From: Calcarisporiella thermophila CBS 279.70
Taxonomy: Eukaryota; Fungi; Calcarisporiellomycota
Direction of reading: 5' to 3'
DNA: 64,000 nucleotides
Assembly (NCBI RefSeq): GCF_041956535.1
Contig: NW_027192213.1
Span: 323,926-387,925, forward strand
The notes beneath the pieces are model-generated. The model was not told where the DNA came from. It saw nothing but the letters and a program-made list of their open reading frames with translations, and searched no databases. Within the stretch, counting starts at the first letter, position 1, and each line of letters starts with the position of its first letter. Shown piece after piece: positions 26,450 to 38,035 of the stretch. Made by a program: the position numbers and the translations under genes.

Positions 26450-26515
26450 TTATCCAGCTATTTTTCTATTCTTGATAACTATCGATTATCTTCTCCGCTT
26501 AAATCCTTTTGATAG
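26450..26515. promoter_or_regulatory. Cluster of GATA motifs upstream of the amino-acid transporter
   Basis: Five GATA/TATC cores (TTATC, TGATAA, CTATC, TTATCT, TGATAG) within 66 bp, about 250-310 bp upstream of the ATG at 26205. Confidence 0.45.
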
Positions 26516-26878
26516 TGCAAGATGGTGCCATTCTTTAGCGTGGAGGTAGTCGCATACTCCTTATGGAGCATCAAACTATTGCATCGTGTGGATGCGTGAG
26601 AATCATTTATGAACTGCGAACGTATTTGCACCATACTTCTCCGAAATGTGATCATCAAATTTAGCCACTGTCAAGGGCCAGCAATATAGATCACAAGGGG
26701 CTCTTACAGTTGAGAGCATTTTTACAGTGTTTTATTGATTTCTAGAATAAGATAAACATTGATAGATGATGGGGTTATGAAACAAAACCTAAAATAAACG
26801 TGTAAAATAAAAATATTCATACAAGAAATAAAATAAATAAAGCACCCTGGCGAGCCTCTTTCTATAGTCACCGTATTT

Positions 26879-27852
26879 TTACTTCGAATAAGAATAGAAC
26901 TGTCCAAAGATCTATGGTCAATAGTGACACAACGTGAGAAAAAAAAAATCAAGCATTATAATGCACGTGAATTACGAATTTACTTACCACAAAATCTAGG
27001 AAGAGGGTTCCGAAGCTTCCTACTAGCCAAGGCAGATTTTTAAGCAGATAGCTTGCCTCCGACGAGTAGGTGAAAATCGATAGACAGTAGGTGATATTTC
27101 CAAGCACTGTGAAGCAGAACATGATAGGGGACAAGCCCTCCACAGATTTGGTTACATAATTCTTCCTTATTTGCGGAAATCGAGAACAAACTGGAAATAA
27201 AATAGGATAATTAAGCTTAAGTCTGCCGAGTTCCCATTGAAGAGCATTGAATAACTTACTATATAGGAGAGCTGATGCCCAACCAATCACCTGGGCACTC
27301 AACTCAAGCCCATCGTTCGGGTCTGGTTTTGGTGATGGTCGAGGGGGTAATGGAGGCGTTTTCGTGTGTATCACGACTAGAATTACAACCAGAATAATAA
27401 ATCCCATAATTCCAACCCAAATCCACCCATAATTTTGTTTCTTTTCTTTCGCACGAGGCTGAGAATGGTTAAGTAATGGCTTCGACTCTTCATCAGAGGC
27501 ATTCCTACTTCGTGTAGTGTTGCGATAATACCAGACCTGACCGAGAAGTACAAAATCGGTCATTATGTAGTAAGAAGCCAGAACAAGCTATGGTCAAAAG
27601 ATATCGGTAATGGCTCTTAAGTAGAGTTGGTAAAAAGCACTTGTCATTTACCATTGTAAATAATAGATTCTGAAGTAATGCTCCAGCAAGATTAAGAACA
27701 TCTGCAATGAGCCATATGAAGATAAATGCGACTGATAATCCATCAGTCGATTTGTTCCAATAATTTTCAAGGAATTGAGGAGTGAAGACGAGCACCCATA
27801 TGATGAAAGAAACGTAGCCAAAAACTGACGAGAGGAGGTGACTCGATAACAT
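26879..27852 (-). CDS. PQ-loop vacuolar/lysosomal cationic amino acid transporter (Ypq/PQLC2-like)
   Basis: Two PQ loops: FTPQFLENYWNKSTDGLS and SRFPQIRKNYVTKSVEGLS, plus LPWLVGSFGTLFLD. Confidence 0.9.
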
Positions 27853-28825
27853 TTAATAGAGCAGCAGTATGAAATGAAAATTAATAATTTATAATGTTAT
27901 AAATTAGATGGAAGAGAAAGGAGGTATAAGATGGTTATGGAGTTTAGTGGGAAAACTCAAGGGCTATCTTGCGGATTATATATTTTTTGATAATTTTCTA
28001 GATAGGCTGAGATCAAGTTAATAATTATTGCAAAAAATAATTCATTTCCTAAAAAAAGCCACGTGTGACTTGTTATGTTAGGGAGATGAACTGTAGCAAT
28101 GTAGGTATAGATGATGGCTAGAATCAAAACAAAATATTAGTGATACCCTCCTTGACAAGGCGTTATCAATAGCCTTTGCATCACCTTGTGTGTTTGGAGG
28201 TCAAATTTCCAAAAATATTTTATTGATTGTACATTAAAACGTCGATGATGTGAGCAAGTTAGAGATTAACAGTGGAAAAGAGGTAATAGCAATACATGAA
28301 GGCATTGCTGAGCTGAAAGTATAGAGCTCAAGTCGCAAGCATGATCAGAACAGATGCTGGATTTAGCGGTTATTTCATGGTTGTTAGAGTGTTTTGGTAA
28401 TTTTCTGCGGAGAAAAACCGCCCTCAACTCTACCCTTGCAAATCAAAATTTTCTCATACAAAAGAGGGCGCTTACACAGAAAGGAAGGGTATTATCTCCT
28501 TCTCTCTATACACACACAAAGCTTTCCTACCTCATAATAACTCCTACCCCACTATTAAAAAAACGCGTACCCCACACATAAATAAAAAAATACTTCTTCC
28601 CTTCTTCTTTTTTCCTTCCCAACACAACAGCTACACCTTATTCATATCAAGTCCTGCCAATTTACATCAACTTTTCACTAGGTAAATGGTCATCAAGTCC
28701 GTCATGTTCTCAAATTACACTTTTTTTTCATAAACCCATTTTTATTATTTAATTAAATTTGCCACCGACCCCTTTATAACATTTTTATTAATTTTCTAGT
28801 CTATATTCTTGAACTTTTAGCCACC

Positions 28826-29319
28826 ATGCCTAAGGAATCAAAGAAAGGCGACGCCAAAGTCTCCCGTAAGAAAACAGAGGGAACAAAAAAACGTAAAAAG
28901 GACCCCAATGCGCCTAAGCGCCCACTCTCGGCCTACATGTTGTTCTCACAAGAGAAGCGCAAACAGGTGTTGGAAGAGAACCCCGACGTAAAATTTAGTG
29001 AGCATCATTTATTTTCTATATCCTTGTAACCCGACCTTACTAAATTATTAATCTTGTAGCCGAAGTTGGAAAACTGCTTGGTGCAATGTGGAAAGAATTG
29101 TCAGAAGAAGAAAAGAAGGTGCTCTCATGCAAGCTCTTGCAGTTTTTCAGCTGATTTCGGTACTAATTATGATTTACTTTGTAGATTTATAATGACAAAG
29201 CGAGCAAGGATAAGGAACGCTACGAGCGGGAGAAAGCGGACTACACGGTAGGTCCTACTTTCTATTCCATTGGCATTTACGCTTAAATAACACGACTCTG
29301 TACACACTAGAATCAATAA
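28826..29319 (+). CDS. NHP6: HMG-box non-histone chromatin protein Nhp6 (4 coding exons; probable 5'-UTR intron 28682-28799)
   Basis: [20 protein letters not shown]...F|[14 protein letters not shown]...DKERYEREK. Confidence 0.93.
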
Positions 29320-29732
29320 AGCACTAGGAGAACTTAGATGTGAGATAAAGTGAGAACCACTTGTTAAGAATATTCTATGCTCACAGGTTTTTCTCATTTT
29401 CGATATACTCAGTTTCCTACGGTTTAGCCTTTTGTTTTTTTTATTGCGTGAACCTTTTCTTTCTCGTTTCCTCCTTTTTTTTTCTATCGTCAAATAATAA
29501 GCAAATATGTATCTTGAAAGCAAAAGATATTTCTTCAGGTTTAGAAGTCGATCGAGATTTATATTTCTTTGTCAGATGTTTTCTGTCTACTTTCTCGTTT
29601 TCAGTTTTTCTTTTATATTTTTGCCGTTAGTACTATACTTATTCTTTCTTTTACTCAATCATAATATTATTTTGAAAATTTGCTGTTAATAAGGTGCAAA
29701 TATGTTTTATTGAAAATTAATGCAAAATAGCT

Positions 29733-31375
29733 TCAATCCCATCCCCCTACATCAAGCCCTGTTCCCTGCATTGACATATCTTCCCTCTTTGATTCCATAT
29801 TATCGGGATCGAACTCAGTTCCAGATAACACCGATGCAGAGGCAAGACTATTCGTGTTATTAACGATGGATACAACGCCCGATCTCATGGAAGCTTTGCT
29901 CGCATTCTCCTCACTATTATCCGCGTTAGGCTTTGGTTTGGACCGAGGTGTAGGGGTTGGCGCCACTTCCTCAAAGAACGCATCTCCAGTCTCTTTTTCT
30001 TTCTCTTTCTTCTCTCTTTCTTTCTCCTTCTCGCTCATTTTTTTCTTTTCCAACGGCTCCTTATTCTTTTGTGTGATGCTATTTTTCGGGCGCTCTTTTG
30101 CAAACTCCTTGGATTGCTTTCCAGGCCCCACGGTATTTCCTCTTGCTACAATCTTTAGGTCCTCGTTCTTCCCTACCTGCACTTTCCTTTTTGCTCTCGC
30201 ATTTGGTGTTTCTAACTCTTGGTCCTTTTTCTTCACTTTTTTCTTCTCATGTCTAATGTCTCCTTCCCTTTTTCCTTCCTCCTCCTCCTCCTCTCTTTCA
30301 CGGGCCTCTTCCTTTCTCCGTTTTCTCGGCTTATCGTCTGTTGATTTACCATCACCACCTTCTTCTTTTTCTTTTCGCTTCCTCTCTTTTTCTTTTTCCT
30401 TTTTCTCCTTAAGCTCGCGATATTTGCGTCGTTTCTCCTTAATTTCCAAAAATTTTGGATCAAATCGCTCACCATCCAGAACACGCAGAGTAGGAACAAG
30501 TTGTAGAACTTTTTCGCGGTATTCGGGCTTTTCACAAATGGGATTACCTTTAAGATTGAGATTTGTGAGGTGGATCAGAGAACCCAGTGCGGCAATATCA
30601 CTAATAGTTCAAGGTGTTATTACACAAGACTTTCTACTTTAAACCAATATACAAATTGTTACCTCCATTCCCGCAGAAGATTGTTGCCTAAGTCTAAAAT
30701 TTCTACCCCACTCAACATCCGCACTGTTTCTGGGATGGTCAAAATCTTATTATCATTCATTCGCAGCTCCTTTAAGTCCGCATTCGCGGAGAGATCAGGG
30801 ATTATCCTTATGTTATTATGTGCAACTGATAATTTTGTTAGTTGGGTAAGAGTGGGAAGGGAGGGGAAATTCTCTATACGATTATGAGAGAGCACTAGTG
30901 TATTGAGCTGGGTCAGAGAACCGAGGTTTTCAACGGTTTTGATTTTGTTATGATTTAAAATAAGCGCTTTTAACGAGGAGAGAGAGGTGAGGTGAATGGA
31001 AATACGGTTCAGTTCGTTGTGACTCATATTCAGTACTATATGGTTGATAAATCGTTTAAAACACAAACTAATCAAATTATATTTTATAAGAGGTTAAGTG
31101 TACATACCTATTAGATCCTTTAATTTCTGCACACCTTCACAGCTCTCGAGTTGATTTCCTGATAGATTTAGCCATGTTAGTGCTTTACTATGCCGAAGCC
31201 CGCTCAAGGCGTCTGCACTACGAATGGCATTATTAGCAAGATTGAGTTTGCGGAGAGAGACGCAAGCTGAAATGTCCTCGATGTGGTTAATTTCTTTCTT
31301 GGAGACATCCAGAGAACTAAGCTGTTGAATGGGCGTGGATGTAAGCTGGGATATGAGATTTAGTGTTAACCGCAT
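29733..31375 (-). CDS. SDS22-like leucine-rich repeat protein with LRRcap and Lys/Glu-rich tail
   Basis: Repeated LxLxxNxI units, NLKGNPICEKPEYREKV...LRVLDG cap, charged low-complexity C-terminus ending GGWD. Confidence 0.85.
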
Positions 31376-31654
31376 ATTGACATCATAGATAAGTATTAAT
31401 GAAATGCAAAGAGAGTTAGGAAGAATCGTAGCATTAGGACGTTGAAAATGTGCTGTCACAGGATGTAAATAGTACAAGCCGCAAAAAGCCTCATAACCGA
31501 TTTTCCACAGGGTCTTTTCTGCGTAACTGAAAAGAAAATCAAGGTTCGCTTGGTAGTTTTTTTTTCAAAGCTCTTTTCAACTCCACTCCCTCTCTTTCAC
31601 CCCCTTCTCTTTTTTTTTCCCAGCCTTTTTCAAAACAATACCAAGTTATAAATT

Positions 31655-32986
31655 ATGTCCTTGATTGAACTTCCCATTATTGACCTCGGACTCTATCTCC
31701 GAGACAAAACTCATCCTGACGCGCTGAAGGAGTGCGAAAAATGCGCTAATGTCCTGCGCGACTATGGCACTCTTATCGTGAAAGATCCGCGGGTAGGAGA
31801 AGAGGATAATGGAAATTTTTTGGATATGGTGGAAGATTACTTCGGACAACCATTTGAGGTAAGAATTTTTCACTTTGCATGCGTCTAGCAAGGAGGGATT
31901 ATATTGTATACTCTTGGTAGGCCAAATTGCCAGACGCTCGTCCAGAACTTGGGTACCAAATTGGTATGAATTACATTTATCATGAGATTATAGTCTCCAG
32001 ATGTCTGAAAATCTACTCTGTATTTGATTAGGAGTCACCCCTGAATTGACGGAAGAACCCAAATGCAAGCGTGACGTTCATTGCCAGAATGTCATTGAGA
32101 AGGTTAGACTTTTTTGTTCTTATAAATGCACTTTCCACTCCATTAAATTCTGTTAAATTTTATTGCTTTAGATGCCTGAAGAATCCCGTCCTCTAGCAGC
32201 TGACGGCCCAGATCCAAAATGGCGCTTTTTCTGGCGCATTGGCTCACCCCCACCGGAAACCAAATTCCCTCAGCTCAATGCCCCACCCGTGATTCCTGCC
32301 GCTTTTGAATCCAAGTGGGAACCTACCATGAACAAGTGGGGTAAGAGTATGCACGATGCCGTTGTGGGAATTGCTGAGATGGCAGCTGTTGGATTTGGCC
32401 TTGAGCCAGACACTTTCGTGAAGATGACAAAGTATGGCCCTCATTTACTGGCACCTACTGGCAGTGACTTGGAGAAGTATGGAGAAGTCGGAACCGTTCT
32501 TGCTGGTTTCCACTATGACTTGAACTTTTTAACCATCCATGGAAAGAGCCGGTTCCCAGGCTTGCATATCTGGCCACGAAATGGTTCTCAGAAGGTTGCG
32601 GTGAAAGTGCCCGATGGCTGTCTGCTGGTTCAGGCCGGCAAGCAGGTAACGTTGTCTTTTGAGACAAGGTGATCACTATAAGCCTATTGACGAGTTGATT
32701 ATTTGAATAGATGGAATGGCTCACCGGCAGTGAAGTTATGGCTGGTTATCACGAAGTCGTTGTCACAGAAGCCACTAAGAAAGCCATTGAGAATGCCAAA
32801 GCCACCCGCCCAGATCGCCCTCTTTGGCGCATTTCTTCCACTTTCTTCTTGCATATCGCTAGCGACGAATTACTTCGTCCTTTGCCCAAGTTTGCTACCC
32901 CTGAACGCGAGAAGGCCTATCCTGCAATGTTAACGGGCGATTATGTGAAAGCGGAGCTAGGTGCCATCGATTTAATGAAGGAATAA
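31655..32986 (+). CDS. 2-oxoglutarate/Fe(II)-dependent oxygenase (IPNS/clavaminate-synthase-like fold)
   Basis: LPIIDL N-terminus, HYD...H iron triad (GFHYDLNF, AGYHEV) and RIS 2OG-binding motif. Confidence 0.9.
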
Positions 32987-33163
32987 GCTAATGATTATCT
33001 ACATATAATTCCAATATTGATGTGTTGAGGGAACAAAATTAGTTGTCTATAATAAAATTATTTATATATAGTTTCTACCCATTTTATTTAGTTTATGTGG
33101 AACACTTGAGTGGTAAAAATAAAAATGGTGAACGTTTTATCTTCTATTATGCAATATATATAA

Positions 33164-33828
33164 CTATTTTTTCGACTTATTCGCCCACTCGGCATAAGAG
33201 CCTGGGTAATTTCGAGCACTGTTTGAATTAAAATTGTGTTAAGACGTAGTCAATCAATACAAAAAGCCAACAACTTACTTCTTGAAACCCTTTGCCTTAG
33301 CAATCTCGGTTGCCATTTTGCTGCGCACTCCTGCCTTGCAATAGAAAATAAGATTTGAATCTTCAGATGGCTTTTCAAATCCAAAATTCTTGTAGAAATT
33401 TGTATTAGTCATTTGAAGACCCTGATCAAGCTCATCAATGGGGAGATGGCGAGCCGTAGGTATCATACCACCCACAATCTCGGCAGGAGAACGCACGTCA
33501 ATCAGCACATAATCCTAGATTCAACATAAAAAATTTTGAGTAAAGTCAAAGAAATGATAAACTAATAAATGCGTACATCGGTAGTCAGATTTGGATTTGT
33601 AACGAGCTTCTGAATTTCATCAAATTGCACGTCGCCTTGGTTGTTTCCGTTGGATTTCGAGTCACTGTAATGGCGGAATTGGGCGTTCGATTTAGCAATT
33701 GGTTGAATTCTCCTCAGGCCAGCGGTTGAATAATAAGATACAATAGGGATCCGTACTCGTGATCGAATGCAAGTGATGGCAGCGCGACTATAGACAGTGC
33801 GAAAGACAAAATGTGTTCTCGATGCCAT
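33164..33828 (-). CDS. Single-domain rhodanese/thiosulfate sulfurtransferase (Rdl/TSTD-like), probably mitochondrial
   Basis: LIDVRSPAE, FYCKAGVRS active-site loop, NYPGSYAEW and an Arg-rich N-terminal presequence. Confidence 0.9.
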
Positions 33829-35175
33829 GGAGATTGTTTCGATTTACCGAGTTCAAAGTCTGATAAAATCAATATAAAATTACCCAATTAGGAACGAAGC
33901 TTACTCGAAATTTACGGCAAATTGTCGATTCTCTATCACTTATTAGATACATAATATCTAATATCAGTTTTTAGCTTTGTTTATATAATAACAAAAAAAA
34001 GGATGAAAATTGACTATAAGATCCATAAAGCTTAGTATAATAATACAAGGGGGAAAAAAGCATTAAATAATAGAGTAGGAGAATATTAGTATTCGTACTT
34101 GAGATCTCCCTATAACTTTAAATATTTATTCCTAATAATATCAAAATTAGCAATAAACAACCATGTCAGAATGGCAATATTGGACTTAGGGTTGAATTGA
34201 AGCATCAAAAAGACATAATACGGAGTGCCATTGCAGGAAGGGGCTATATTATTTTAGCGGATAATGAATGCAGAGTTTATAATAAAAGATACAATATGGT
34301 GATATCTATTCTGAATGTCATCCACATATTACTTTGATTTTTAAATACACAAATGAAATGAAGAGAACCCGTTCACACTTATTGAGGTGCTCAATTTTCA
34401 TGTATTATTTTTAAAGTGATTAGGCAGGTTATAGAGGATGTTCTTTTGTAAAAGAACTCAAATTTGAACTTTGGATAATGGAGTACAGCTGTAATAGCAG
34501 ATCTAGATGTCAGCCTCTCGACCAGATATGATAAATAGAAGCGGAAAAACATTTTGATGCACTACTAATATAGCGGTACAGATATTCAAATGCGCTAGAA
34601 AGCATTTGGAATTAAATAAAAGTGAAAACAACTCCCTAGTAAGCGCAAATGCACTTGGAAGCAACAATTCAGCAGATGAGATACGAGGTATATCCATCTA
34701 GATTAAAAGAGCTATCCTATAAACGACATGAATTTTCTGGTTTCAAGGTATCGCCTTCCAATCTGTTGTAAACAATATTGCTTTTCATATTTGCACTTGC
34801 AAAAGTTGCCTAAATATTTGGATATATATAGCCTGATAATTTTCCAATGATATCAAAGAGTTATTGAGATTTTTTTTATTTTGATCAATAGAGTTACTGA
34901 GAGCACATAGAAATCCACGGCTTACATCTATGGCCAATTATGGGTTTAATAATCGTTCAGAATACCCACACTTAGGTTCTCAATTCATAATTTCTGAACA
35001 TTCTGATAGATGTGAATTTTTTAAACGCGTTGCCGAAACTGTTCTCTGTCAACCTTTTAGTTAACACTTTATTATAATTTAATTTTTCACGATATATAAT
35101 TAATCTATCAAAATTACTTCACACATATAAACGTATTCATTTCCAAGCTAAATCGGCGAACAGCATTCCTCAACC

Positions 35176-37537
35176 ATGAATCCAGAGCCTATGGAGTCCG
35201 ATGAGCAACTCTACCCAATTGCTGTTCTAATTGATGAGCTCAAGCATGAAGACATCTCTCTTCGGTTGAACGCCATTCGGCGTTTATCTACAATCGCTTG
35301 CGCTCTCGGTGCTCAGCGGACGCGTGATGAACTTATCCCTTTCTTAGATGGTAAATAAGATTGGCTATCCCTCAATTGATTCAACTAATTGAAAGTTGCA
35401 TTTTTTCAGATTCACTTGACGATGAAGATGAGGTCTTGGTAATTCTTGCTGAGGAGCTTGGAGGTTTTGTCGGCTATGTTGGTGGACCAGAATACGCATA
35501 CACTCTTTTGGGATTGCTGGAGAGCCTTGCCGCCGTAGAGGAGACTGTTGTTCGGACCAAAGTAAAATGGCCAGACTTGATTTTATCAATTATTTCATTC
35601 ATTTTGTTCATATTTCGCTTCTTGTTTTTAATCCTTTTAGGCGGTGGAATCATTAACAAAAATATGTGCCTTTTTATCGCCCCAACATATAGAGGAGTAC
35701 TATCTACCATTGTTGAAGAGGCTTTCGCTTGGTGACTGGTTCACTAGTCGCACTAGCGCAACCGGACTCTATGCCGCCGGATACGAGAAATCGCCTCCAG
35801 CAATGAAGGAAGAATTAAGAAAGTAAGTCCGACTATATTCCTCTATTAACAGTGATAGGCTTTATAGTTATTCATCTTCCATCAGATTATTTTCAGGGTT
35901 GTGCCATGATAGCACCCCAATGGTACGAAGAGCTGCTGCTACCCATCTCCAAGTAGGTAGATTTATTGTATCAGCACTATTAGGCTCTCACAGCTTTTTA
36001 TTTGAAATTTCTCTAGCATTTGGCAAAGAAACTTTCAAAAAATGATGCAATCAATGACATGATCCCCCTTTTCAATCATCTTGCCAAAGATGATCAAGAC
36101 TCTGTTCGTTTGCTAACTATAGAAGATTTTATTGCGATCGCAGAGCTGCTCACTTTTGAGGAAATTAAAGCGCACCTATTAAACATGTTACGATCTCTGA
36201 TCGCAGACAAATCTTGGAGGGTACGATACATGGCGGCCGATCGATTCGTGCAGGTAATCGTTTATTTTTGACTTTTTGGCGCTTTCCAAGTTGGCATATG
36301 TTTTTCTTTGATTAGATATCAACTGTTGTGGGTAAAGACGTAGTCCGCGAATATATGGTTGCAGCATTTGTGCATTTACTGAAAGATAACGAAGCTGAAG
36401 TCAGAGCAGCTGCTGCCGGCCAGATTCCAGGTAAAATGGTTGAATATAAGAAGTGTTTCTCATTTAGAGGTATTTATTGTTTTATCGAGCTTAGGGTTCT
36501 GTAAATTAATTGAACACCAAACTATCCTTTCGCAAATCATGCCTTGCGTGAAGGAAATGGTCACAGACACATCGCAACAAGTGCGGGCAGCGCTAGCAAC
36601 ACAAATTAGTGGGCTCGCACCGTTCCTTGGGAAGGAAGCGTAAGCAGTTTCAATTTTTTTCCATCCTATCAACTACTCTTTAATATTTGCCTTGCAAACA
36701 TAGAACCATTATGCATCTTCTCCCATTTTTCCTTCAGCTATTGAAGGATGAGTTTCCAGATGTTCGTCTCAACATTATATCCAAATTGGAGCAAGTGAAT
36801 GAAGGTAAAATGGGGACTTAATTGTCCGCATAAAAAACGCGAGCTAATATGCCAACAAATAAATAGTGATTGGCATAGAGCTTCTATCCCAATCTCTCTT
36901 ACCGGCAATTGTTGAGCTTGCTGAAGACAAACAGTGGCGCGTACGCCTTGCCATTATAGAGTATATACCATTGCTTGCAAGCCAGCTTGGTGTGCAATTT
37001 TTCGATGAGAAGCTTGGGAACTTGTGTATGTCTTGGCTTGGCGATCATGTATTCTCGATCCGGGAGGCTGCAACAAACAATCTAAAGAAACTGACAGAGG
37101 TGTTTGGAGTTGAATGGGCCAAGCAAAAAATTCTACCCAAAGTATTGGCGATGAGCGATCATACCAACTATTTGTATCGGATGACTATGATTTTCGCAAT
37201 TACAGTGAGTATTTGCCTCCGTTTACCAAGCCCTGCTGCTCAGCAAAGTTTACCATTTCGCCTACTGATTTTATAGACAATGGCTGAAGCTGTTACTCCG
37301 GACGTGATCAAAGAGTATATTCTTCCCACCCTGAGCGGACTCGCTGCAGATCCAATTCCAAATATTCGATTCAATGTTGCCAAATCGCTTGAAACCATGA
37401 TTCCACTGTTACATCAATCTCCCGATCTGAATCTCCTCGTGGAAAGCGAGGTAAAGCAAACGCTCCAGAAGCTCAACGAGGATACCGATAATGACGTGCG
37501 ATTCTTTGCACAACGTGCGTTGCTCACTGCTCAGTAG
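35176..37537 (+). CDS. TPD3: Protein phosphatase 2A scaffold (A/PR65) subunit
   Basis: [19 protein letters not shown] repeats, [29 protein letters not shown] and [12 protein letters not shown]. Confidence 0.96.
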
Positions 37538-38035
37538 GAAATAAAAACATTTTTATCCAATTCAAGTAGCTTTATTATTTAGCTTGGTATTGGTATACCT
37601 TTTATTTTTGGCTAGCGTATTTTTTTCACGCCTCTATAGCCTGGAGTGGTGAAATAGTTTTATACGTTGAAGTATATATATTTTTGTGGTTAGTTTTTTC
37701 TGTTATCCCCCCCCCCCCTTGTTACTGTTTAATGTTTTTTTTTTACCTTGTTCTCGTTTTATCTCTTTCTAATGTGCCTTCAGCATTGGAAAACGATTTA
37801 AAAACTTTCACTTTCCTTATCCTTATTCAATACGTACTTTATCCTTATTGTTCTATTGAATTTCCGCCCCTAAATATTGCACCTAATGAAAGATGGCTAA
37901 CGCTTGCTGATAATTGTTAACTATTAGCACAGCCTCATACGGTGTGGCTTGGATTAAACCTTCAGCAAAGATCGACTTGCCTCCAAACTTGTTAAAGTGG
38001 ACATCTTTTTAATGCTCTAGCCATAATTACCTATA

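Noticed and set aside
29854-30642. 262-aa Phe/Ser-rich plus-strand ORF
   Set aside because: It is the antisense shadow of the Lys/Glu-rich LRR gene exon.
34185-34194. TTAGGGTT telomere or telomerase-template-like word
   Set aside because: A single short occurrence that is expected by chance, with no array or supporting structure.
34150-34750. Protein-like frames broken by stops between rhodanese and TPD3 (possible pseudogene or transposon relic)
   Set aside because: No recognisable family motif, no coherent start or splice structure and no terminal repeats. It cannot be supported without a tBLASTx/HMM search.
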